Shown here piece after piece: positions 7,416-16,892 of a stretch of DNA of 64,000 nucleotides; the first letter of the stretch is position 1; each line of letters starts with the position of its first letter. The DNA is taken from positions 14,436 to 78,435 of the forward strand of contig NZ_JAQGLJ010000022.1 in NCBI RefSeq assembly GCF_028292945.1, given 5' to 3'. The position numbers and the translations under genes were made by a program. This DNA is from Sphingomonas bacterium (GTDB taxonomy: Bacteria > Pseudomonadota > Alphaproteobacteria > Sphingomonadales > Sphingomonadaceae). Below the pieces are notes generated by a model. That model saw only the letters and a list, made by a program, of their open reading frames with translations, searched no databases and was not told the DNA's origin.

Positions 7416-9347
7416 TCAGTGTTCCAGGATCTCGCGAATGCGGTCGGCGAGGACCTCCATCTGGAATGGCTTGGTCAGCACGTGCATCCCGTTCGTCAGC
7501 CGCGTGCGGCCGATCACGGCGTTTTCCGCATACCCGGTGATGAACAGCACCTTGAGGTCCGGACGGTTCTGGCGCGCCGCATCGGCAACCTGCCTGCCGT
7601 TCATGCCGCCGGGCAAGCCGACATCGGTGATGAGAAGGTCGATCCTGGCGTTCGACTCCAGCACGCGCAGACCCGCCGGCCCGTCGGTCGCCTCGATCAC
7701 GGCATAGCCTGACTCCGCCAGAACCTCCGCTACCAGCATCCGGATGGTCGGCTCGTCGTCGATGACCAGCACGACCTCGCCCTCGCCGCTCGGACTTGGC
7801 GTAGGGCGAGGTTCGACCTCGTCGTCGGCCGGTGCGTCCTCATCGTGGCGGGGCAGGTAAAGGCACATGGTCGTGCCTTGCCCGACTTCCGAATAGATGC
7901 GGATCTGTCCGCCCGACTGGCGCGCAAATCCATATATCATCGAAAGGCCTAGCCCCGTTCCCTCGCCTAGCGGTTTGGTGGTGAAGAAGGGATCGAAGGC
8001 CTTGGCGATGACGTCGGCCGTCATGCCGCTGCCGGTATCGGTGACGCAGATCGAGACATACTGGCCGATCGGCAGATCCTGCTGCCGTGCCGCTCGCTCG
8101 TCGAGCCAGCGGTTGGCGGTCTCGATCGTCAGCATCCCCCCGTCCGGCATGGCGTCGCGGGCGTTGATGCACAGGTTCAGGATCGCATTTTCGAGCTGAT
8201 TGGGATCTATCAGGGTCGGCCAGACCCCGCTTGTTCCGACCACGTCGACCTTGACGGCCGGTCCCACGGTGCGCCGGACCAACTCCTCCAGTCCGCTCAG
8301 CAGCCGGTTGACGTTGGTGGGCTTGGGATCGAGCGTCTGGCGGCGGGAAAACGCAAGCAAGCGGTGGGTAAGCGCTGAAGCGCGTCGGACGGCGCCCTGG
8401 GCCGCGGTGAAGTAGCGGTCGCAATCGTGCGTTCGACCCTGCGCCATGCGAACCTGCATCATCTCCAGACTGCCGCTGATGCCGGTCAGGAGGTTGTTGA
8501 AGTCGTGCGCGAGCCCGCCGGTCAGTTGCCCAACCGCTTCCATCTTCTGCGACTGGCGCAACTGCTCCTCTATCGCGCGTTTTTCGGTGAGATCGCGCGT
8601 CACCTTGGCAAAGCCGATCAGGTCTCCCGCGTCGTTGCGGATCGGGTCGATGATGACGGAAGCCCAGAATCGTGAGCCGTCCTTGCGCACTCGCCAGCCT
8701 TCGGCCTCGAACCGGCCTTCGTCAGTCGCGGTCCGTAATGCGCTGTGCGGAGTCCCGGCGGCGCGGTCCTCCTCGGTGTAGAAGCGGGAGAAGTGCTCGC
8801 CCATGATCTCGTCGGCGGCATAACCCTTGAAGCGCTCGGCACCGGCGTTCCAGCTGCTGACCCGACCGTCGGGATCAAGCATGTAGATTGCATAGTCGGT
8901 AACGCTCTGGACCAGCAACCGGAAGCGCTCTTCGCTTGCACGCAACTCCTCCTCGGCGGCACGCCGCTCCGTCAGGTCGCGCGTTACTTTGGCATACCCT
9001 ACAAGCATCCCGCTGGCATCGCGGATGGGGTCGATCACGACGTTGGCCCAGAAGCGGGTGCCGTCCTTGCGCACGCGCCAGCCCTCGGCTTCGAAGCGGC
9101 CTTCCCGCTCGGCGGTCTCCAATGCGATGCGGGGGATCTCGCGTTGGCGTTCTTCGGGTGTGTAGAAGCGAGAGAAATGCTCGCCGATGATTTCGTCGGC
9201 CTCATAGCCTTTGAACCGGCGCGCGCCGGGGTTCCAGCTCGATACCCGACCCTGCCGGTCGAGCATGTAGATGGCGTAGTCGGTGACGCTCTGAACGAGC
9301 AGCTCGAAGCGACCGGCGACGTCGGCAGGAAGATTGTGGTCGGCCAT
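7416..9347 (-). CDS. hybrid sensor histidine kinase/response regulator with two tandem PAS domains
   Basis: 643 aa. Two roughly 128-aa PAS repeats are followed by the H-box LAHDFNNLLT, an HATPase_c domain (DTGSGM..GTGLGLS) and a C-terminal receiver domain (VLVIDDE...DLLITDVGLPG..LKVLFITGY). GGAG lies upstream of the ATG. Confidence 0.9.
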   Translation of the reverse strand: MADHNLPADVAGRFELLVQSVTDYAIYMLDRQGRVSSWNPGARRFKGYEADEIIGEHFSRFYTPEERQREIPRIALETAEREGRFEAEGWRVRKDGTRFWANVVIDPIRDASGMLVGYAKVTRDLTERRAAEEELRASEERFRLLVQSVTDYAIYMLDPDGRVSSWNAGAERFKGYAADEIMGEHFSRFYTEEDRAAGTPHSALRTATDEGRFEAEGWRVRKDGSRFWASVIIDPIRNDAGDLIGFAKVTRDLTEKRAIEEQLRQSQKMEAVGQLTGGLAHDFNNLLTGISGSLEMMQVRMAQGRTHDCDRYFTAAQGAVRRASALTHRLLAFSRRQTLDPKPTNVNRLLSGLEELVRRTVGPAVKVDVVGTSGVWPTLIDPNQLENAILNLCINARDAMPDGGMLTIETANRWLDERAARQQDLPIGQYVSICVTDTGSGMTADVIAKAFDPFFTTKPLGEGTGLGLSMIYGFARQSGGQIRIYSEVGQGTTMCLYLPRHDEDAPADDEVEPRPTPSPSGEGEVVLVIDDEPTIRMLVAEVLAESGYAVIEATDGPAGLRVLESNARIDLLITDVGLPGGMNGRQVADAARQNRPDLKVLFITGYAENAVIGRTRLTNGMHVLTKPFQMEVLADRIREILEH

Positions 9348-9396
9348 TCTTGCTCCGGAACGAAAGCGTACGCGTCAGGGGAGCTGACCCGACTGT

Positions 9397-9412
9397 GACA
9401 ACCTAGGTTGTC
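9397..9412. promoter_or_regulatory. perfect 16-bp palindrome GACAACCTAGGTTGTC upstream of the hybrid kinase gene
   Basis: Read directly from the sequence. It lies 50-65 bp upstream of the kinase ATG and immediately follows a TTGACC hexamer on the kinase strand. The operator role is inferred. Confidence 0.3.
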
Positions 9413-9913
9413 GGTCAACCTCCGTTGGTAGACGGCAGCTGGGTTCCGCAGGTGCTCCGACCGCAGACAAGCGGATGTGCGGAATGGTGGTCCTGCATGA
9501 GCGGCTGGGCGTCTGCTTCCGGGTAGAGGCTGTCATTCGGCCTCGGCCCTGGCAGCTCCCGTCGTCCAGACTCCGGCTGCGCTGCTGACGCATCAATGGA
9601 GGCTGGCAGCGGCTGGACGTGGCCGGATCAGCCGGTGGCGGAGACCGCCGTTCTCGATCTCGGCGCGCCCCGGCGGACCCGTGAGATCCGCGAACCGTGC
9701 TGGCATCGCGTCCGCGCTGCTCGGTTTCCTGCAGATGGCCTGCGCCGCGATTTGAACGGTGCTCATCGGCAATCTGCCTGTGGACGCGGCGACAGCGTTC
9801 ACCTGGGTCGTGATCGGGGGCGGTTTGGCGGCGACATCCTTGCATCCGGTGATACGGGCCGCCGGGCTGCAATCAGTGGATGTCACGCTCGACGAAGTCC
9901 GGGATGCAGCCGG

Positions 9914-10675
9914 TCAGACTGAAATGCCGGACCGGTCCGACACGAGCGAAGCGCAATTGCGAAGTCTGTTCGCTACGCTGTGATAGCCGCTTGCGGGCGC
10001 GGTTCTGAACGACGCGGATAACGCCGCGATGGCATCGCCGCCCTGCCCGTAGATTGGAACGGCGACACAGGAAAGGCCATCGACGATCTCGCCCCGGTCG
10101 AAAGCGCAACCTGCCGATCGGACGCGCTTGAGTTCCTCGCGGAGCATATCGGGATCGACGATCGTACGCTCGGTCAGCGCGACGAACGGCCCCCCGCCAA
10201 GATAATCGTCCCGCTGCCGGTCCGGGAGGTGGGCGAGCAGCACCTTGCCAAGCCCCGAACAATAGGCCTCGAGCTGCTTCAGTTCCCGCGTGAACAGCGA
10301 CTGTGCGCCCCATTGTTCCTTGACCAGGTAGGTCACCATGTCGTCCTCCAGCACGGCGAGATGGACGGTGGCACGAAGCTCGCGCGCCAGCCGGCGCAGC
10401 GGCGCGCGACCTGCATTCGCCATCAACATTCGCATGTCGCGATCCCGAGCGCAGGCAAAAATGTGACCGGCGACATAGTGGCCGCGATCGGCTGGGGCGA
10501 TGAAGCCCTGCCGCCTCAAGCCGGCGGCCAGACGGCGGGTCGTCGACTGAGCAAGGCCAAGCTGATCGGCGAGCGTGCTCAATCGCGTGCGTCCGCCGTC
10601 GCTCACGATGAGCGCGAGCAACGCCAAGCCTTTGTCCAGCGTCGCACTTCGACTGTTGCTGTCGTGAATAGCCAT
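9914..10675 (-). CDS. IclR family transcriptional regulator
   Basis: N-terminal wHTH (LDKGLALLALIVSDGGRTRLSTLADQLGLAQSTTRRLAAGLRRQGFI) plus an IclR effector domain. The ATG at 10675 is preferred over the TTG at 10696. The gene is divergent from the lower-pathway operon. Confidence 0.85.
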   Translation of the reverse strand: MAIHDSNSRSATLDKGLALLALIVSDGGRTRLSTLADQLGLAQSTTRRLAAGLRRQGFIAPADRGHYVAGHIFACARDRDMRMLMANAGRAPLRRLARELRATVHLAVLEDDMVTYLVKEQWGAQSLFTRELKQLEAYCSGLGKVLLAHLPDRQRDDYLGGGPFVALTERTIVDPDMLREELKRVRSAGCAFDRGEIVDGLSCVAVPIYGQGGDAIAALSASFRTAPASGYHSVANRLRNCASLVSDRSGISV

Positions 10676-10786
10676 CCGCTCATCATGTGAGCGCAACGCC
10701 GCGACGTAAATTGCCGAGTTCCATCAAACGGGCGTAACCAACAGCGATCAGGCCGTAGCGAATGCCACCGCTTCGAAGGGAGAGAG

Positions 10787-11578
10787 ATGAGCACGCACGA
10801 CCTTATCGCAGAACGTCTGCGCATGGCCTATTCGGCAGGTGCCATCCCGCCGTTGCGCGACGGGCTCGATCCGGCCGACGGCGCCAGCGCATACGCGGTG
10901 CAGGCGCTCAACACCCGCTTTTGGCAGGCGCAGGGTCGGCGCATCGTCGGACGCAAGGTCGGCCTGACCGCGAAGGCGGTGCAGGTGCAGCTGGGCGTAA
11001 ATCAGCCCGACTTCGGCGTATTGTTCGACGACATGCGGATCGTAGACGGCGGCGTGCTGGCCGCCGACCGGGTGCTTCAGCCCAAGGCGGAGGCGGAGGT
11101 CGCGCTGGTCCTCGCGGCGGCCCTTCCCTCGGCGCAGACCAGTGCCGCGGACGTCACCGCCGCCACCGCGCACGCGGTCGCCGCGATCGAGATCGTCGAC
11201 AGCCGCATCGCCGACTGGAGGATCAGCTTTGCCGATACCGTGGCCGACAACGGTTCTTCCGCTTTCTTCGTGCTGGGCCGCGACGAACGACCGCTCGACG
11301 GCCTCGATCTCTACACCTGCGGAATGGCGCTCGAAGTCAACGGCGAGCTGGCTTCGCTGGGCGCGGGTGCGGCGTGCCTGGGCCATCCGCTGGAGGCTGC
11401 GGCCTGGCTGGCGCGGACGCTGGCCGCAAGCGGGGATCCCTTGCGAGCGGGCGACATCATCCTGACCGGGGCGCTGGGGCCTATGGTCGCCATCTCGCCC
11501 GGAGACCGGATCGAGGCGAAGATCGGCGGATTGGGCGCGGTGTCGTTCCACTATGGGGAGCCAGGCGATGGCCAATAA
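10787..11578 (+). CDS. 2-keto-4-pentenoate (2-oxopent-4-enoate) hydratase, MhpD/BphH/XylJ type
   Basis: 263 aa. Has a hydratase/decarboxylase family pattern (AYAVQ...[20 protein letters not shown]) and GGGAGAGAG upstream. It is followed by the acetaldehyde dehydrogenase and aldolase genes. Confidence 0.85.
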   Translation: MSTHDLIAERLRMAYSAGAIPPLRDGLDPADGASAYAVQALNTRFWQAQGRRIVGRKVGLTAKAVQVQLGVNQPDFGVLFDDMRIVDGGVLAADRVLQPKAEAEVALVLAAALPSAQTSAADVTAATAHAVAAIEIVDSRIADWRISFADTVADNGSSAFFVLGRDERPLDGLDLYTCGMALEVNGELASLGAGAACLGHPLEAAAWLARTLAASGDPLRAGDIILTGALGPMVAISPGDRIEAKIGGLGAVSFHYGEPGDGQ

Positions 11579-12506
11579 GGTTAAGGCGGCGATCATCGGA
11601 TCGGGTAACATCGGCACCGACCTGATGATCAAGATCATCCGCCGGTCGGACGTGCTGGAGATGGCGGCGCTGGTCGGCATCGATCCGGCGTCGGACGGGC
11701 TGGAGCGGGCCCGGCAGCTGGGAGTCGCGACCACGCACGACGGGATCGACGGGCTCCAGGCGCTCGAAGCCTGGCCATCAATCGGGGTGGTGTTCGACGC
11801 CACTTCGGCCGGCGCGCACCAGCGTCACAGCGACGTGGTGACCGCCGCGGGCAAGGTGATGATCGATCTGACCCCAGCGGCGATTGGCCCCTATGTCATC
11901 CCGGTCGTCAACGGCGATGCGCACCTGACCGAACCGAACGTCAACATGGTCACCTGCGGCGGGCAGGCGACCATTCCGATCGTGGCGGCGGTGTCGTCGG
12001 TGGCGACGGTGCATTATGCTGAGATCGTCGCCTCTATCGCGTCGAAGTCGGCCGGGCCCGGCACTCGCGCCAATATCGACGAGTTCACCGAAACGACCAG
12101 CCGCGGGCTGGAAGAGGTCGGCGGCGCGGCGAAGGGCAAGGCGATCATCATCCTAAACCCCGCGGAACCGCCGATGCTAATGCGCGACACGGTCTTCACG
12201 CTGTCGTCGGGCGCCGATGAGGCCACTATCGCGGCGGCAGTCGAGGCGATGGTGGCGAAGGTCCACGCCTACGTCCCCGGTTATCGGTTGAAACAGGCGG
12301 TCCAGTTCGAACGCTTCGGCTCGAACGATCCGATCGAGATCCCCGGCTACGGCCGCTTCGAGGGTATCAAGACCACCGTGTTCCTGGAGGTCGAGGGCGC
12401 GGCGCATTACCTGCCCGCTTATGCGGGCAATCTGGACATAATGACCTCGGCGGCGCTGCGCACCGCCGAAAAGATCGCCGTGAACCGCCTGATGGACGCC
12501 GCTTGA
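11568..12506 (+). CDS. acetaldehyde dehydrogenase (acetylating), MhpF/DmpF/BphJ type
   Basis: Starts [27 protein letters not shown]..., and [15 protein letters not shown] contains the catalytic Cys region. The start overlaps the hydratase 3' end. Confidence 0.9.
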   Translation: MANKVKAAIIGSGNIGTDLMIKIIRRSDVLEMAALVGIDPASDGLERARQLGVATTHDGIDGLQALEAWPSIGVVFDATSAGAHQRHSDVVTAAGKVMIDLTPAAIGPYVIPVVNGDAHLTEPNVNMVTCGGQATIPIVAAVSSVATVHYAEIVASIASKSAGPGTRANIDEFTETTSRGLEEVGGAAKGKAIIILNPAEPPMLMRDTVFTLSSGADEATIAAAVEAMVAKVHAYVPGYRLKQAVQFERFGSNDPIEIPGYGRFEGIKTTVFLEVEGAAHYLPAYAGNLDIMTSAALRTAEKIAVNRLMDAA

Positions 12507-13567
12507 TGCCTTTCGACCCGACGACCACGAAGCTCTATATCCAGGACGTGACGCTGCGCGACGGCATGCATGCCGTCCGCCATCGCTACAGCATCGATCA
12601 CGTGCGCCAGATCGCAAGGGCACTCGACGAGGCCGGTGTCGATGCAATCGAGGTGGCGCATGGCGACGGCCTGAGCGGTTCCAGCTTCAACTACGGCTTC
12701 GGCGCGCATACCGATTGGGAATGGATCGAGGCCGTCGCCGATGTCGTTCGCCATTCGGTCCTGACGACCTTGCTCCTCCCCGGCATCGGCACGGTTCACG
12801 ACCTGAAGCGAGCCCATGACCTGGGCGTGCGGTCGGTCCGCATCGCGACGCATTGCACCGAGGCCGACGTCGCTAAGCAGCATATCGGCGCGGCGCGGGA
12901 TCTGGGCATGGACACTGTCGGCTTCCTGATGATGAGCCATATGATCGAACCCGATGCCTTGGCACAGCAGGCTAGGCTGATGGAAAGCTATGGCGCGACC
13001 TGCGTTTACGTGACTGACAGCGGCGGCGCACTCGACATGGACGGCTATCGGGCGCGGTGCGAGGCCTATGATCGGGTGTTGAAGCCGGAAACGCAGCGCG
13101 GCATCCACGCGCATCACAATCTGTCGTTGGGCGTCGCCAATTCGATTGTTGGGGTCCAGGCGGGCGCCATCCGCGTGGACGCCAGTCTGGCAGGCATGGG
13201 CGCGGGCGCGGGCAACGCGCCGCTCGAAGTGTTCATTGCCGCGGCGACGCGCAAGGGCTGGCAGCATGGCTGCGACCTGAACAAGCTGATGGATGCCGCC
13301 GAGGACCTTGTCCGCCCGCTTCAGGATCGTCCGGTCCGGGTGGACCGCGAAACGCTTAGCCTGGGCTATGCCGGTGTCTATTCGTCGTTCCTGCGCCACG
13401 CCGAGAAGGCCGCGCTCGACTATGGCGTCGACACCCGCGAAGTGCTGGTCGAGCTCGGCCGCCGCCGGATGGTCGGCGGACAGGAAGACATGATCGTCGA
13501 TGTGGCGCTCGACATCGTCGCCCAACGCTCGGTCTCAGGCCGCGAGAGGCTGGCAGCGGAACAATAG
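12506..13567 (+). CDS. 4-hydroxy-2-oxovalerate aldolase, MhpE/DmpG/BphI type
   Basis: Starts [29 protein letters not shown]...[12 protein letters not shown] (HMGL-like domain plus DmpG communication domain). The ATG at 12506 overlaps the upstream TGA; an in-frame TTG at 12503 is an alternative start. Confidence 0.9.
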   Translation: MPFDPTTTKLYIQDVTLRDGMHAVRHRYSIDHVRQIARALDEAGVDAIEVAHGDGLSGSSFNYGFGAHTDWEWIEAVADVVRHSVLTTLLLPGIGTVHDLKRAHDLGVRSVRIATHCTEADVAKQHIGAARDLGMDTVGFLMMSHMIEPDALAQQARLMESYGATCVYVTDSGGALDMDGYRARCEAYDRVLKPETQRGIHAHHNLSLGVANSIVGVQAGAIRVDASLAGMGAGAGNAPLEVFIAAATRKGWQHGCDLNKLMDAAEDLVRPLQDRPVRVDRETLSLGYAGVYSSFLRHAEKAALDYGVDTREVLVELGRRRMVGGQEDMIVDVALDIVAQRSVSGRERLAAEQ

Positions 13568-13578
13568 GATAGTTCTAG

Positions 13579-14823
13579 ATGATCGCCGCGGACAAATACG
13601 ACGTCGTCATTGTCGGCGCAGGGCATGCCGGCGCGCAAGCGGCAATCGCGCTTCGGCAAAGAGGCTTTCGCGGCAGCGTAGCGCTGGTCAGCGAGGAAGC
13701 GGATCCGCCATATGAACGACCGCCGCTGTCTAAAGAGTATCTGTCGGGCGCGAAGGCGTTCGATCGCATCCTGATCCGGCCGAACGCATTCTGGGCCGAA
13801 CGCGAAATCAGCCTAATGTTGGGACGCCGGGCGATCTCGGTAGAAGCAGCGGATCACAGTCTGCAGCTGTCCGATGGCACCACGCTAGGCTACGGGGCCC
13901 TGATCTGGGCGGCCGGTGGGTCGCCGCGCCGGTTGACCTGCCCGGGTCATGATCTTCGCGGCGTGCACAGCGTCAGAACACGCGCCGACGTCGACCGGAT
14001 GATCCACGAACTCGACCGCGTCTCCCGCGTGGTCGTCGTCGGCGGAGGCTACATCGGGCTGGAGGCAGCCGCTGTTTTGACCACGCTGGGGAAATCCGTG
14101 ACGGTGGTCGAGACCCAGGAGCGGGTTCTTTCCCGCGTCGCCGGCGAGGTCTTGTCGCGGTTCTACGAGCAGGAGCATCGGGCACAGGGCGTCGATGTAC
14201 GCCTCGGCGAGACAGTCACGTGCATCGAGGAAATGGCGGGTGCTGCATGCGGCGTCAGGCTCGGCGACGGATCAGTGCTGCCTTGCGAAATGGTAATCGT
14301 GGGGATCGGCATCGTGCCGGCCGTGCAGCCGTTGCTCGCGGCAGGCATAGGAGGCGAGAACGGCGTTACCGTCGATCCGCTGTGCCGAACGACGTCGCCG
14401 GACATTTATGCAATCGGCGATTGCGCCGCCCATGCGAACGCCTTTGCCGACGGCGCGGTCATCCGGCTCGAGTCGGTTCAGAACGCCAACGACCAGGCAA
14501 TGGTCGTCGCAAAGGCGTTGACCGGCCTTGAGGAAGCATATGTGGCACTGCCGTGGTTCTGGTCGTACCAATATGACCTGCAACTGCAGACCGTCGGCTT
14601 GTCGATGGGCCACGACCGCGCGGTTCTGCGGGGCGACCCGGGACAGCGAAGTTTCTCCATCATATACCTCAGGGACGACCGGGTCATCGCACTGGATTGC
14701 GTCAACGCCGTCAGGGATTATGTGCAGGGCCGCGCACTGGTCCGCGCCGGCACCCGCGTCAGGGCCGCGAGCCTCGCCGACGACACGATCCCCCTCAAGG
14801 ATCTGCTTGTAAGGTCGTCTTAG
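13579..14823 (+). CDS. FAD/NAD(P)-dependent ferredoxin reductase (glutathione-reductase type, putidaredoxin-reductase-like)
   Basis: 414 aa. Motifs: VVIVGAGHAGAQAA (FAD GxGxxG), YERPPLSKEYL, VVVVGGGYIGLEAA (NAD). The gene belongs to the oxygenase module. Confidence 0.85.
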   Translation: MIAADKYDVVIVGAGHAGAQAAIALRQRGFRGSVALVSEEADPPYERPPLSKEYLSGAKAFDRILIRPNAFWAEREISLMLGRRAISVEAADHSLQLSDGTTLGYGALIWAAGGSPRRLTCPGHDLRGVHSVRTRADVDRMIHELDRVSRVVVVGGGYIGLEAAAVLTTLGKSVTVVETQERVLSRVAGEVLSRFYEQEHRAQGVDVRLGETVTCIEEMAGAACGVRLGDGSVLPCEMVIVGIGIVPAVQPLLAAGIGGENGVTVDPLCRTTSPDIYAIGDCAAHANAFADGAVIRLESVQNANDQAMVVAKALTGLEEAYVALPWFWSYQYDLQLQTVGLSMGHDRAVLRGDPGQRSFSIIYLRDDRVIALDCVNAVRDYVQGRALVRAGTRVRAASLADDTIPLKDLLVRSS

Positions 14824-14941
14824 CCGCCTGCGAAACTCACGGCGTTCCAAAAGCCAACGTATCTCATCGGCGGACTACCGGCACCCAATCGGAATATATC
14901 ATATTCGCGCCGGTCATCGCTGGCTGCGATAGCGCAGGACC

Positions 14942-15700
14942 TCAGCGCTGCAGCAGACACCCGCCGTCGACGACGAGTTCCGACCCGGTGACATAGCGCG
15001 CCGAATCCGACGCCAGGTAGAGAATCGCCTCCGCAACGTCGTCGGCCGAACCGAAACGTCGCAACGGAATGTCCGGCAGCACGACGTCGCTCATCGACTC
15101 ATCGGGGTGGCGGCCTCGGGCGCGTCGCGACATCGGCGTATCGATTGGGCCTGGCACGATCGCGCAGACGCGGATGTCGTGCGGCGCCCATTCCAGTGCT
15201 GCGGTCCGTGTCAGACCGCGAATGGCCCATTTCGTCGCTGCGTAAGCGCCACGGTTCGGGTGGCCGATCATGCCCGAGACCGACGACAAGTTGATAATGG
15301 CTCCGCCCCGCTCCGCGGCGATCATCGCGGCCGCACAGGCGCGCATGCCCAGCCAGGTGCCGATCAGGTTAACGTCGATATGCCGCCGGAACTGGTCTTC
15401 GACGAGATCGAGAAGCGACGCGTCGGACAGATAGGCCGCGTTGTTCACCAGCACATCGATGCCGCCCCATCGCTCGGCCATGTTATCCACCATGGTCGAC
15501 CAGCCCGTGGGATCGCCAATATCCTGGCGCTGAACGACGATGTCGCCTGGAATGTCGCGCAGCGCCTGTGCTCCATCCGGGTTCAGGTCGGTCGCCAAGA
15601 TCCGCGCGCCCTCCTGCGCCAGGAGCCGCACCGTCGCTAGGCCAATGCCCCCGGCCGCGCCCGTCACCAAGACGCGCTTTCCTGTCATGCGTTCGGGCAT
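14942..15700 (-). CDS. SDR family oxidoreductase (possible dihydrodiol dehydrogenase of the aromatic module)
   Basis: Motifs: TGAAGGIG, NNAA, SSVSG...YAATK catalytic triad region. The ATG at 15700 has GGAAG 6 nt upstream. Alternative starts are 15706 (TTG) and 15688 (ATG). Confidence 0.8.
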   Translation of the reverse strand: MPERMTGKRVLVTGAAGGIGLATVRLLAQEGARILATDLNPDGAQALRDIPGDIVVQRQDIGDPTGWSTMVDNMAERWGGIDVLVNNAAYLSDASLLDLVEDQFRRHIDVNLIGTWLGMRACAAAMIAAERGGAIINLSSVSGMIGHPNRGAYAATKWAIRGLTRTAALEWAPHDIRVCAIVPGPIDTPMSRRARGRHPDESMSDVVLPDIPLRRFGSADDVAEAILYLASDSARYVTGSELVVDGGCLLQR

Positions 15701-15719
15701 TGGCAACTTCCAATCGTGG

Positions 15720-15729
15720 ACGATATATG
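15720..15729. promoter_or_regulatory. AT-rich 10-mer ACGATATATG in the SDR/GntR divergent promoter region (identical copy at 20886-20895)
   Basis: The exact 10-mer occurs twice in this window, both times in promoter gaps of the aromatic module. A related CGATATA lies at 20801-20807. Function as a -10 element or operator is inferred. Confidence 0.3.
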
Positions 15730-15792
15730 CAATCCCATGGCGTTTCGCATGTACCGGTAGGACCAGGTCACGCGCAGTCGCCGGAGGATTTT

Positions 15793-16515
15793 ATGACCCA
15801 GACCCGGCCCGCGATGGCCCAGTTCGATATCCGCCCGCCAATCACCGATCTGGTATACGACCGGCTGTACGCCGCGATCATAGGGCGCGAACTCCTTCCG
15901 GGGTCGCAGCTCACCGAACAGGCGCTCGCCGATCAGCTGAACGTGTCCAAGACGCCGGTTCGCGAAGCCCTGCTGCGGCTCAGGCAGGTCGGGCTGATCG
16001 AACCGGACGGCCGGCGGGGCATGCGCGTCGTCAAGCTGTCGCTCGAGGACCTTCGGCAAGCGACCGAGTTGCGCGCTGTTCTCGAAGGTTTCACCGCCGG
16101 CCGCGCCGCCGAGCTGGCGACCAAGGCTCAGGCGCGCCTCATCACTCGTGCGGCCGAAGACTCGCTCGATGCAGCGGAAGACGGCAATATCGACAGCTTT
16201 CACCAGCATGACCGCGCCTTCCATGCGCGCATCGCGGACGCCGGCAACAATGTGCGAGCGAGACAGTGCGCGGACAACACCGCGGCGCTGATTCACACAG
16301 TGATGACGCGCGATACCTTCCCCACGCCCGATCACCTGGTCGATTGCGCGGGCGCTCATGTGCGTATCGGACAAGCGATCATGGGCGGGGACGCCGCGAC
16401 GGCGTCGACGGAGATGCACAAGCACATCTGGCGCATCCACGAGTTGCTGCTGGCGCAGGACCTCGATCTGGAGCAGAGCGACGCGATCCCGTTCCGCCCG
16501 GCGCTGGTCGCCTGA
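15793..16515 (+). CDS. GntR family (FadR-like) transcriptional regulator
   Basis: GGAGGA lies 5 nt upstream of the ATG. The wHTH reads LPGSQLTEQALADQLNVSKTPVREALLRLRQVGLIE, followed by an all-helical FCD-type C-terminal domain. Confidence 0.8.
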   Translation: MTQTRPAMAQFDIRPPITDLVYDRLYAAIIGRELLPGSQLTEQALADQLNVSKTPVREALLRLRQVGLIEPDGRRGMRVVKLSLEDLRQATELRAVLEGFTAGRAAELATKAQARLITRAAEDSLDAAEDGNIDSFHQHDRAFHARIADAGNNVRARQCADNTAALIHTVMTRDTFPTPDHLVDCAGAHVRIGQAIMGGDAATASTEMHKHIWRIHELLLAQDLDLEQSDAIPFRPALVA

Positions 16516-16539
16516 GATCGTTGGCGGGAGTGCACCGCC

Positions 16540-16863
16540 TCAGCCTTGCTCCGCCGGAATGCTGACCGCGATTTCCGGAACGTCCGCCGAAGGCATGATC
16601 TGGCAGGCCAGACGGCTGTTCGCGTGCCGCGCGCCCGCGATGCCATCGAGCATCGCGTCCTCATTGTCACCCATCGCGGGCAGCAACCCAGCGATATCGT
16701 CGGCGACATAGACGTGACAGGTGCCACAGGCGCCGGATCCCCCGCACTCGGCGATGATGCCATCGATATCATGCTCGACCGCCGCTCGCATGACCGTGGT
16801 TCCCGCCCGCACCTGGACGGACTGCACCGTGCCGTCGGGCTGTATGAAATCAATCTTGAACAT
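16540..16863 (-). CDS. [2Fe-2S] ferredoxin, putidaredoxin/adrenodoxin type
   Basis: 107 aa starting [12 protein letters not shown].... Cys ligand pattern [11 protein letters not shown]...LACQI. It is the last gene of the oxygenase operon. Confidence 0.85.
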   Translation of the reverse strand: MFKIDFIQPDGTVQSVQVRAGTTVMRAAVEHDIDGIIAECGGSGACGTCHVYVADDIAGLLPAMGDNEDAMLDGIAGARHANSRLACQIMPSADVPEIAVSIPAEQG

Positions 16864-16892
16864 TGGTTTCCGCTTGTGTTTCGGGTCACGAC

